Assembly: GCA_963802275.1 (NCBI GenBank)
Contig: CAWDIB010000005.1
Location: 84,089 to 148,088 of the forward strand
Origin: an uncultured Chloroflexia bacterium
Lineage (GTDB): Bacteria > Chloroflexota > Anaerolineae > Anaerolineales > Anaerolineaceae
Length of the DNA: 64,000 nt
Direction: 5' to 3'
The notes below the pieces were generated by a model. The model was not told the DNA's origin. It saw only the letters and a program-made list of their open reading frames with translations, and did not search any database. Shown piece after piece: positions 20,744 through 28,572 of the stretch. Made by a program: the position numbers and the translations under genes. How positions within the stretch are numbered: the stretch's first letter is position 1; each line of letters starts with the position of its first letter.

Positions 20744-22153
20744 ATGGAACATTCAATTAATAAAAACCACGAACTAATGAATTCGCGAATAGGTTTTCAT
20801 TATTTTCCTGACCACCTGCATTACCGCGTGGAGGACCTTGAACGCTGGATTCCAATTCTAAAAGAACTTGGAACTGCCTGGCTGATCCTGCAGGGAGAGG
20901 CAATCCGCGCCATCCCTGAGGAGTTCATCCGCGGGATGCTGGCCGAAGGGATTGAACCCATCATTCACTTCCCGCTTGACCTTTCCAATCCCATCACGTT
21001 GGAACAACTGCAGCCCATGATGACCGCTTACGCCAAATGGGGTGTGCGGCAGGTTATCTTTTTTGAACGGCCCAATCTGCAATCATCCTGGGGTGTTCAG
21101 CGCTGGTCGCAACCAAATATTGTATCCACCTTCGTTGATCTTTTTCTACCGCTGGCTCAGCTGGCGGTCAATCTCGGACTGACCCCTTTTTTCCCTCCCC
21201 TGGAACCCGGCGGGCAATACTGGGACACAGTATTTTTACAGCAGGCACTCGAAGAGATGCAGCAACGCGGTGCGGAAAATGTGCTCGCCAACATGGGGTT
21301 GAGCGTTTACGCCTGGACATGGGGTAGATCCCTTGATTGGGGAGCCGGTGGCGCTGAGCGCTGGCCGCACACCAAACCCTACCGTATTCCGCCCGATTCG
21401 CAGGATCAACGCTCCTTGCGCACATACGAATGGTATCAGGAGAACGCGCGCAAAACGATTGGAAAATCTTTCCCAATCATATTATTACTGGCTGGCTTGT
21501 CGAATTACCCCATGCAAATAAATCACGATGAAGGAAATCAGGTCATTGATGCTGACTCGCTCCAAAAAATATTCCGCTTATTGAAAAACGAGAATGTTAT
21601 TGAAGCATCCTCCGCTCCCGCGTTTTTGCAACCCATTGGTGATGAAGTTCTCTGCGGTAACTTTTACCTTCTCTCCTGTAATAATTCCAGCCCTTTGCAT
21701 CCATTTGCCTGGTTTGATGAAAATGGTGAACAAACCAATATATCCATGCAAATTTTGAACTGGATTGGGGCAACTCACAAAAATGACCTGCCAAATGAAG
21801 ATTTATTCTTTACACCGAAATCAGCCGGGGACTCATTTTCCATTGCGCGTTATCTCTACTTTCCTTCCCTGGAGTATTTTATGGAAAACGAGCAACGCAT
21901 TGAGATCCAGGAATACCTGATCAAGTATCAACCGACCCTCGGTTTCTCATTGAAGGAAGCCGCACATGCCGCCATTGTGGATATCGCGGCGGAAGCGGAT
22001 CAGGTTCCGGATGGCATCCTGGATGCTTTGCGCCAATCCGGTTGTTCCGTGAGACGCTTGTGGGATTCAAATCCAAAAGAGGTCAACGAGGATTATGGAC
22101 AAGAACTTGCCGACTTCCCAGATGAAAAGGATTTCCAATATGCCGAATTCTAA
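20744..22153 (+). CDS. hypothetical protein, N-terminal part possibly TIM-barrel glycoside-hydrolase-like
   Basis: 469-aa intact ORF with no motif I can name. Its 3' end overlaps the likely ftsZ start. Confidence 0.5.
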   Translation: MEHSINKNHELMNSRIGFHYFPDHLHYRVEDLERWIPILKELGTAWLILQGEAIRAIPEEFIRGMLAEGIEPIIHFPLDLSNPITLEQLQPMMTAYAKWGVRQVIFFERPNLQSSWGVQRWSQPNIVSTFVDLFLPLAQLAVNLGLTPFFPPLEPGGQYWDTVFLQQALEEMQQRGAENVLANMGLSVYAWTWGRSLDWGAGGAERWPHTKPYRIPPDSQDQRSLRTYEWYQENARKTIGKSFPIILLLAGLSNYPMQINHDEGNQVIDADSLQKIFRLLKNENVIEASSAPAFLQPIGDEVLCGNFYLLSCNNSSPLHPFAWFDENGEQTNISMQILNWIGATHKNDLPNEDLFFTPKSAGDSFSIARYLYFPSLEYFMENEQRIEIQEYLIKYQPTLGFSLKEAAHAAIVDIAAEADQVPDGILDALRQSGCSVRRLWDSNPKEVNEDYGQELADFPDEKDFQYAEF

Positions 22154-23270
22154 ATTCCAGGTTCCAAAAATAAAAGTCCTTGGATTGGGCGGAGCCGGAT
22201 GCAACACCATCAACCATCTTCTGGAAATGGAATTGCCCGGTATTGAATGCATTGCCGCCAATACCGACGCGCAGGTGCTTGAACAATCCAGGGCAGACCG
22301 GGTGATTCAGCTTGGCCCCATTCTGACCAGAGGATTGGGGTCTGGTGGTGATCCAACCATCGGCGAAAAAGCGGCAGAAGAAAGCCTGAAGGAATTAACC
22401 GATGCACTTGAAGGGGCGGATATGATCTTCCTGACCGCGGGAATGGGCGGCGGCACCGGCACCGGAGCTGCGCCGGTTGCGGCTCGTTTGGCATTATCGC
22501 TTGGTTCACTGGTGATTTCCATCGTCACCACCCCATTCGCCTTTGAGAGCGGCAAACGCCAGCGTAATGCCCGTGAAGGAATCGCCCAACTCAGACCGAA
22601 TTCGGATACGTTGATCGTTGTTCCAAACGACCGACTACTGCAAATTGCCCCGGTCGACCTGCCCATGGAAACCGCTTTCCGCCTTTCGGATGATGTCCTG
22701 CGCCAATCCATCCAGGGCATTTCCGAACTGGTCACCCAAACTGGATTAGTCAATATTGATTTTGCCCATATTTTGCGGTTGATGCGGCTGGGAGGAGGCT
22801 CGTATTTTGCCATCGGGCATGGCGAGGGCAAGGATAAGGTGAAACAAGCCATTCAGCAGGCATTAAACCATCCCCTTCTGGATGCCATACCCATCGAACA
22901 GGCCAAGGGTTTGATCGTTAATTTTATTGGGAGCGCCAGCTTGACCATGCATGAGGTGGGTGAAGCCCTGAACGAGTTGTGCGGAAAGTGCCACCCGGAT
23001 GCTGAGATCATCCCCGGCATGACCAGCAATCCCCTGATGCAGGACCGGGTCGAATTGATCTTGCTGGTGACCGGTGTTGGTGCAACCGCAGTACAAACAC
23101 CCATTCAGGCAGCGGCATCATTGAAAGTGGAATCCAATTCAAGGCAAAAAGATGAAAATGGATCAGTTCCTTCGCCCATCATCCATCCCACATCAAAACC
23201 TGAACCTCAGGATGAGTTGGAAATTCCGGCTTATCTGCGTAATCATATCAAACTGAAAATTGACAGGTAA
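22140..23270 (+). CDS. ftsZ: cell division GTPase FtsZ
   Basis: KIKVLGLGGAGCNTIN, tubulin signature GMGGGTGTGAAPV, T7 loop NIDFAH and the C-terminal peptide LEIPAYLR. Start uncertain: in-frame ATGs at 22095, 22125 and 22140. Confidence 0.9.
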   Translation: MPNSKFQVPKIKVLGLGGAGCNTINHLLEMELPGIECIAANTDAQVLEQSRADRVIQLGPILTRGLGSGGDPTIGEKAAEESLKELTDALEGADMIFLTAGMGGGTGTGAAPVAARLALSLGSLVISIVTTPFAFESGKRQRNAREGIAQLRPNSDTLIVVPNDRLLQIAPVDLPMETAFRLSDDVLRQSIQGISELVTQTGLVNIDFAHILRLMRLGGGSYFAIGHGEGKDKVKQAIQQALNHPLLDAIPIEQAKGLIVNFIGSASLTMHEVGEALNELCGKCHPDAEIIPGMTSNPLMQDRVELILLVTGVGATAVQTPIQAAASLKVESNSRQKDENGSVPSPIIHPTSKPEPQDELEIPAYLRNHIKLKIDR

Positions 23271-23272
23271 AA

Positions 23273-23491
23273 ATGAACAAGCAAGTCATTGAAAAAGTCT
23301 GCACCGAAGTATATAAACAATTTCCCCAATATGAGGGCATTCAACCTGAGGTCAAAACCCAACCGAATGACACTCATTTATTGATTTTTCAATCCAGCGG
23401 AGAAATAGCAAACCAGAAATCCATTCAACTCAGTATCCGTGTGTTGGTGGATGGAAGAGGTGATATCGTAAAAATCACCTCTTCAAGGTAA
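23273..23491 (+). CDS. small hypothetical protein (72 aa) immediately downstream of ftsZ
   Basis: The ORF starts 2 nt after the ftsZ stop. No recognisable motif. Confidence 0.45.
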   Translation: MNKQVIEKVCTEVYKQFPQYEGIQPEVKTQPNDTHLLIFQSSGEIANQKSIQLSIRVLVDGRGDIVKITSSR

Positions 23492-23724
23492 CACTTAATT
23501 TCACCTCTTTTAAATTTAAATATTCAATGTAATAAAATACTTTTGACTGTCTGGATTCCAATAAGATTATTAATATATTTCTAATCAAATTCAGGTATCT
23601 TCAATTTGAAAAGTGTGTTATAGTCATTGTTAAAGCTTTATGTAGATCGGGACGTTCAGCCGGCCAGATCCAGACAAAGGTCTGGCAATTCTATTTAATC
23701 CGATCAATGTGTATAGGAGACACG

Positions 23725-24048
23725 ATGGAAATCAAGTTGTATGTTGGCAATCTGCCATACTCGACCACCGAAGAAGATCTGCGGACAATGTTCGCGCAGG
23801 CCGGCGAGGTCAAATCGGTCGCAGTCATCAAGGACCGCGACTCCGGAACCTCCAAAGGTTTTGGATTTATTGAAATGGGCACTCAGGAAGAAGCCCAGAA
23901 AGCCATCAGCACCTTTGATGGTTATAGCATGGGTGATCGCCAACTGAAAGTGAACATGGCCCGCCCGCGTGAAGAGCGTGGTGGTTTTGGCAACCGTGGT
24001 GGTGGTGGTGGCTACAATCGGCGCCCTTCCAACCAGCGCAGGTACTAA
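23725..24048 (+). CDS. RRM-type RNA-binding protein with Gly/Arg-rich tail
   Basis: RNP2 LYVGNL and RNP1 KGFGFIEM, with tail GGFGNRGGGGGYNRR. AGGAGA SD before the ATG at 23725; the ORF track starts at 23707. Confidence 0.85.
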   Translation: MEIKLYVGNLPYSTTEEDLRTMFAQAGEVKSVAVIKDRDSGTSKGFGFIEMGTQEEAQKAISTFDGYSMGDRQLKVNMARPREERGGFGNRGGGGGYNRRPSNQRRY

Positions 24049-24085
24049 AAAACGGCTGACGGTAATCATTAAATAACATGCAATA

Positions 24086-24115
24086 AAACCTCCTGAAAAG
24101 GAGGTTTTTATTTTT
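24086..24115 (+). terminator. rho-independent terminator of the RRM gene
   Basis: aaaacctcc-tgaaaa-ggaggtttt stem-loop followed by a T-run. Confidence 0.75.
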
Positions 24116-24155
24116 GAAGAGTTGGATTGGGTTAGAATAAGTAAGAAATATACCC

Positions 24156-25136
24156 ATGTCACCATCCAAAATTACAGCCATCGCCCACCCCAATATTGCC
24201 TTTATTAAATATTGGGGCAATCTTGATGATGCCTTGCGTTTGCCTGCCAATGGCTCCCTTTCCATGAACCTTGCTGGGCTAAGTACCATTACTAGTGTCG
24301 AATTTAACCCTGATCTCGTTAATGATTCGCTCGTTATTAATGGCAATGAAATTACCGGCGCAGCACTCAACAGGGTTCAGGTATTTTTGGGTCTGGTCCG
24401 CGAGCAGGGAAAGAGAAATCTTCACGCAAAGGTGATCAGCCAAAACAATTTCCCAACCGGGGCAGGCATCGCATCTTCCGCCTCGGCATTTGCTGCCCTG
24501 GCCCTGGCTGCCAGCCGGGCTATCGGTTTTCAAATGGATGAAGCAGACCTGACGCGGTTGGCCAGGCGTGGTTCCGGTTCCGCCTGTCGTTCCATCCCGG
24601 CTGGATTTGTTGAATGGTACGTTGGGGATACGGAAAAAGATTCCTATGCGAAATCCATTGCACCTGCCGATCACTGGGATTTGGTGGATTGCATTGCCTT
24701 GATCTCCTCTCAGCACAAAGCTATTGGTTCCACTGCCGGTCACCACATAGCCGGCACCAGTCCGCTTCAATCCGCAAGAGTCATGGATGCCCCCCGCCGC
24801 CTGGATATCTGTCGCCGGGCAATCCTGGAAAGGGATTTCAATGCTTTTGCGGAAATCGTGGAGTTGGACAGCAATTTAATGCATGCGGTGATGATGACCT
24901 CTACTCCCCCGCTTTTTTATTGGCAGCCGCATTCTTTGGAATTGATGACCCTCGTTCGCGCCTGGCGGCAGGAGGGATTGCCAGCTTGTTATACGCTGGA
25001 TGCCGGTTCAAATGTCCACATCCTTTGCCTTTCCAACGCGGTTGTTGAGCTACAATCCCAGCTAAAACCGCTAAGCTTTATCGAAAAGATCATCCTCGCA
25101 CGTTCTGGGCCGGGCGCCAGATTGGTGAATATTTAG
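24156..25136 (+). CDS. GHMP-family mevalonate diphosphate (or mevalonate 5-phosphate) decarboxylase
   Basis: N-terminus IAHPNIAFIKYWGN and GHMP motif PTGAGIASSASAFAALALA, typical of MVD. Substrate (MVAPP vs MVAP) cannot be decided by eye. Confidence 0.8.
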   Translation: MSPSKITAIAHPNIAFIKYWGNLDDALRLPANGSLSMNLAGLSTITSVEFNPDLVNDSLVINGNEITGAALNRVQVFLGLVREQGKRNLHAKVISQNNFPTGAGIASSASAFAALALAASRAIGFQMDEADLTRLARRGSGSACRSIPAGFVEWYVGDTEKDSYAKSIAPADHWDLVDCIALISSQHKAIGSTAGHHIAGTSPLQSARVMDAPRRLDICRRAILERDFNAFAEIVELDSNLMHAVMMTSTPPLFYWQPHSLELMTLVRAWRQEGLPACYTLDAGSNVHILCLSNAVVELQSQLKPLSFIEKIILARSGPGARLVNI

Positions 25137-25226
25137 AGATGTTTTTCTGCCATTTCTAATAAAATTCCAACAGTAAAAAGATTTCAAGTAGTTATAATCA
25201 ATCAACGTCGTTAAAGATCGGAGTAT

Positions 25227-26309
25227 TTGTTGGCAACCTTCTTATCCATAATTGAATTTATTCTGGCGCTCGGCGCAATTATTCTCCTTCATGAATTGGG
25301 TCACTTTATCATTGGCAAACTCAATAAGATTGAAATAGAAGAATTTGGCATCGGATTTCCCCCGCGCGCCTTAAAACTCTTTACCTGGCAGGGTACACTT
25401 TTTTCACTCAATTGGATTCCCCTGGGCGGCTTTTGCCGTTTCAAGGGTGAAGAGGATCCGGCGGCAAAGGGCGGACTATCCGCTGCCAATAAATGGGCGC
25501 GCTTCACCACCCTGCTTGGAGGGTCTGCCATGAACCTGCTGCTGGCAACCGTCCTTTTTGCCGTTGTCATCTCCCAATTTGGCATACCGCAAACCAACAT
25601 CGTTCAAATCCAGGCAATCGTACCGAACTCACCGGCAGAAGTGGCGGGCTTTAAGCCCAACGATCAACTCATTTCCGTCAATGGGGAAAAGATCACTTCG
25701 GTCGAGCAAATCATTTCTTTCACCCAGGCAAACCTGGGAAAGGAAATGACCATCCTGGTAAAAAGAGATATGCTGGAAATTCCCATCCAGGTCATTCCCC
25801 GCCTGGACCCGCCTGCCGGAGAAGGCCCAATGGGCGTCGTCCTGACCAATCCCATCCAACCGGCAAATTTCTTCCAGTCACTTCCTGCTGGCGCACAATC
25901 CACAGTGGGCATGCTCAGGCAATTGGTCAGTCTGCCGGTCATGTTCCTGCGCGGGGAAGTGGATTCATCGCAAATGCGCCTGGTAAGCCCAAAGGGCATT
26001 TACGATATCTATTCCCAGGTGCGCACCGAATCCGAACAGGCAACAAATAATGACCGTAAGGTGGTATTTCTAAACCTTCTTACCTTTTTTGGCATCATCT
26101 CAGCCGGGCTGGGTTTTTCCAACCTGCTGCCCATTCCCGCAGTGGACGGCGGAAGGATTTTCTTCTTGCTGCCTGAACTGCTGTTCAACAAACGCATCCC
26201 TGCCAGGTTCGAAAATGCCGTGCATGCCATTGGATTCACCGTGCTGCTCGCGGTCATGATACTGGTCTTCATCCAGGATTTTATCAATCCAATTGTTCTG
26301 CCAAAATAG
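25227..26309 (+). CDS. rseP: site-2 (M50) intramembrane zinc metalloprotease RseP-like with PDZ domain
   Basis: HELGHF and NLLPIPAVDGG, with a PDZ-like segment (PAEVAGFKPNDQLISVNGEKI). TTG start with GGAG upstream. Confidence 0.85.
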   Translation: MLATFLSIIEFILALGAIILLHELGHFIIGKLNKIEIEEFGIGFPPRALKLFTWQGTLFSLNWIPLGGFCRFKGEEDPAAKGGLSAANKWARFTTLLGGSAMNLLLATVLFAVVISQFGIPQTNIVQIQAIVPNSPAEVAGFKPNDQLISVNGEKITSVEQIISFTQANLGKEMTILVKRDMLEIPIQVIPRLDPPAGEGPMGVVLTNPIQPANFFQSLPAGAQSTVGMLRQLVSLPVMFLRGEVDSSQMRLVSPKGIYDIYSQVRTESEQATNNDRKVVFLNLLTFFGIISAGLGFSNLLPIPAVDGGRIFFLLPELLFNKRIPARFENAVHAIGFTVLLAVMILVFIQDFINPIVLPK

Positions 26310-26313
26310 ATCA

Positions 26314-27264
26314 ATGGCTAGTGAACAAAATAACCCTGATTTCAATCAAGTATTGACCGCCCTGCTGGATAACAGCCGTCCTTTTCCAGCGCGCTTCCTC
26401 CACGCTTTTTCAGATATTTCTGATGAAGACTTGAACTCGCTCAAGAATTTATGGCCACGGGTGGAAACCGGACGACGAACCACACTATTGGCAGACCTCG
26501 AAACCCTGCAGGAAGCCGATACTCTCCTAAATTTTGACGATTTTTCCCGCTTCGCACTCAGTGATGAAAACGAAGGTGTGCGCGCCAACGCCATCCGCTT
26601 GTTGTGGGAAAGCGAGGATTCCCACCTGGTACCAGTACTGATTCATATGCTGCAGCATGACCCTAGTGATTCGGTCAGGACAGTGGCAGCCACTACCCTG
26701 GGAAAATTCGTTTATCTGGGTGAGCTGGATGAAATACCGCGAAACTTGTTGGCGGAAATTGAAGATATTCTTTTAACGTCTTTAAAGTCCTCCGCTAGTA
26801 AGGAGATCCAGCGCAAAGCACTCGAATCATTAGGGTATTCTGGTCGCGGGGAAGTAAAAGAATTCATCCAAAAAGCATTCGAGGAAAAGGATTCCCGCTG
26901 GATTTCCTCCGCATTGTTCGCCATGGGCCGTTCGGCCGATCGCTGCTGGGAACAACAAGTCAGTGAGATGATTGACCATCATGATGATGAAATCAGGGCG
27001 GAAGCCGTCCGTGCAGCCGGTGAATTGGAACTGATCAGTTTAAGGAATGACTTGATCCAAAAAGCGACCGATGATGATGAAATTTGGGATGTGCGCATGG
27101 CTGCCATCTGGTCACTTTCACAGCTGGGCGGCGAAGATGCCCGTGAGACACTGGAGGATTTGCTGGAGAAAGTCGAAGATGATGAAGAAGCTGACATTTT
27201 GGAAGAAGCGCTGGACAATCTCTCATTTACAGATGACCAGCACACCTTTGGCATCAATTTGTAG
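26314..27264 (+). CDS. HEAT-repeat protein
   Basis: Repeated motif D..VR..A...LG (ENEGVRANAIRLL, DSVRTVAATTLG, DEIRAEAVRAAG, WDVRMAAIWSLSQLG). Acidic C-terminus. Confidence 0.65.
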   Translation: MASEQNNPDFNQVLTALLDNSRPFPARFLHAFSDISDEDLNSLKNLWPRVETGRRTTLLADLETLQEADTLLNFDDFSRFALSDENEGVRANAIRLLWESEDSHLVPVLIHMLQHDPSDSVRTVAATTLGKFVYLGELDEIPRNLLAEIEDILLTSLKSSASKEIQRKALESLGYSGRGEVKEFIQKAFEEKDSRWISSALFAMGRSADRCWEQQVSEMIDHHDDEIRAEAVRAAGELELISLRNDLIQKATDDDEIWDVRMAAIWSLSQLGGEDARETLEDLLEKVEDDEEADILEEALDNLSFTDDQHTFGINL

Positions 27265-27309
27265 TCATCTATCCATACGAAACACCAGGAGGATGCATGG
27301 GAGAGGAAT

Positions 27310-27594
27310 GTGTTAAAGCAGCGCCTACACGCATGGGTTGAAGGGTCCGTACAGGGGGTCGGTTTTCGCTTTTTTGTCATCCAGCGTGCTGCAGAATTGG
27401 GATTGACCGGATGGGTGCGAAACCTGTGGGACGGCCGCGTGGAAGTGGTTGCAGAAGGACCGCGCGCATCATTGCAGAAATTATTAGATCAATTGAAAGA
27501 GGGGCCACGCAGTGCCCGCGTCAGCCATGTGGCGACAGAATGGCTGCCTGCCACCAATGAATTCACCGATTTCAATGTTCGTTTCGGTGGTTAA
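27310..27594 (+). CDS. acyP: acylphosphatase
   Basis: VEGSVQGVGFRFF and GWVRNLWDGRVEVVAEG. GTG start with GGGAGAGG SD. Confidence 0.8.
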   Translation: MLKQRLHAWVEGSVQGVGFRFFVIQRAAELGLTGWVRNLWDGRVEVVAEGPRASLQKLLDQLKEGPRSARVSHVATEWLPATNEFTDFNVRFGG

Positions 27595-27643
27595 ATTAAT
27601 TTTTAAATATTTTGATACAACTCTTTTATCAATTTCCCTTTTT

Positions 27644-28572
27644 CTATCCCCCAATCGTCACAGTAATTTTTTCTGATTTGAGCAAATCCAGTATCTGCAC
27701 CAACTGATTCATTGCGCTTTCGTCCAGTCGTAAATCCGGCTGCTTTGCCAGCGATAGGATTTCCCCAAATGAGAATATTTGTCCTTTCCCAGTTGATGGA
27801 ATGGCATTAAATTCACCTCCCTGATTCCCAAATCGGTGATCAGGGTGCGAAAATCCTTCAAATTCTCAAAATCCATGTTCATTTCGGGGATCATCGGCAG
27901 ACGAAGGATGACATGTGCTTGATGCTTGCACAGCCAGGTTAAATTCTCAACGATTTCCTTGTTGGAAACCCCGGTATATTCCAGGTGTTTCATGTGGATT
28001 CATGTGCTTGATATCAAAGAGGAAAAGATCGGTATAATGGTATCGACTTTTTCCAATGTGATTCTTGCAACCATTCCGCAGGTTTCAACCGCCGTGTGGA
28101 TATTTTCCTGATGACACTCGCGTTAGCAGCTGCAGGGCAAACTCCGCCTGGGAAAGCGGCTCCCCTCCCGAGAGGGTGATTCCGCCGCCGGAACGGCGGT
28201 AAAAGGCAGCATCCTTGCGCACCACTTCCATAATTTCTTCCACTGACTTTGTTTCACCAACCACCCTGAGAGCACCCGAAGGGCATTCTTCGACACACTT
28301 CATACACAAGGTACATTTGACCCGGTCAATTTTATTGTGTTCTCACTGCAATTCAAATCTTCATTTACCGCGTCCTCGGGACACACCTCAATGCAGCGAC
28401 CGCAATGACGGCAAAGACTGCGGATGAATTCCAATTCCGGGTGAAAGGATTGTGATTCCGGGTTGCAGCACCACAGGCAGGCCAGCGGACAACCTTTGAA
28501 AAATACGACGGTGCGGATGCCTGGACCGTCGTGAATTGAGTAGCGCTGGATATGGGTGATGATCCCGTTCAA
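27644..28572 (-). pseudogene. glycyl-radical enzyme activating protein (radical SAM, PFL-AE family with two ferredoxin-like clusters), at least 5 frame breaks
   Basis: Pieces in three frames are: (1) MNGIITHIQRYSIHDGPGIRTVVFFKGCPLACLWCCNPES...CRHCGRCIEVCPEDA (28300..28572); (2) [22 protein letters not shown]...[12 protein letters not shown] (28085..28309); (3) [14 protein letters not shown]... and YTDLFLFDIKHMNP; (4) KHLEYTGVSN...MPFHQLGKDKY (27709..27993); (5) LSLAKQPDL...QLVQILDLLKSEKITVTIGG* ending at 27644. Breaks are near 28330, 28120, 28045, 27995 and 27760. Confidence 0.85.
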
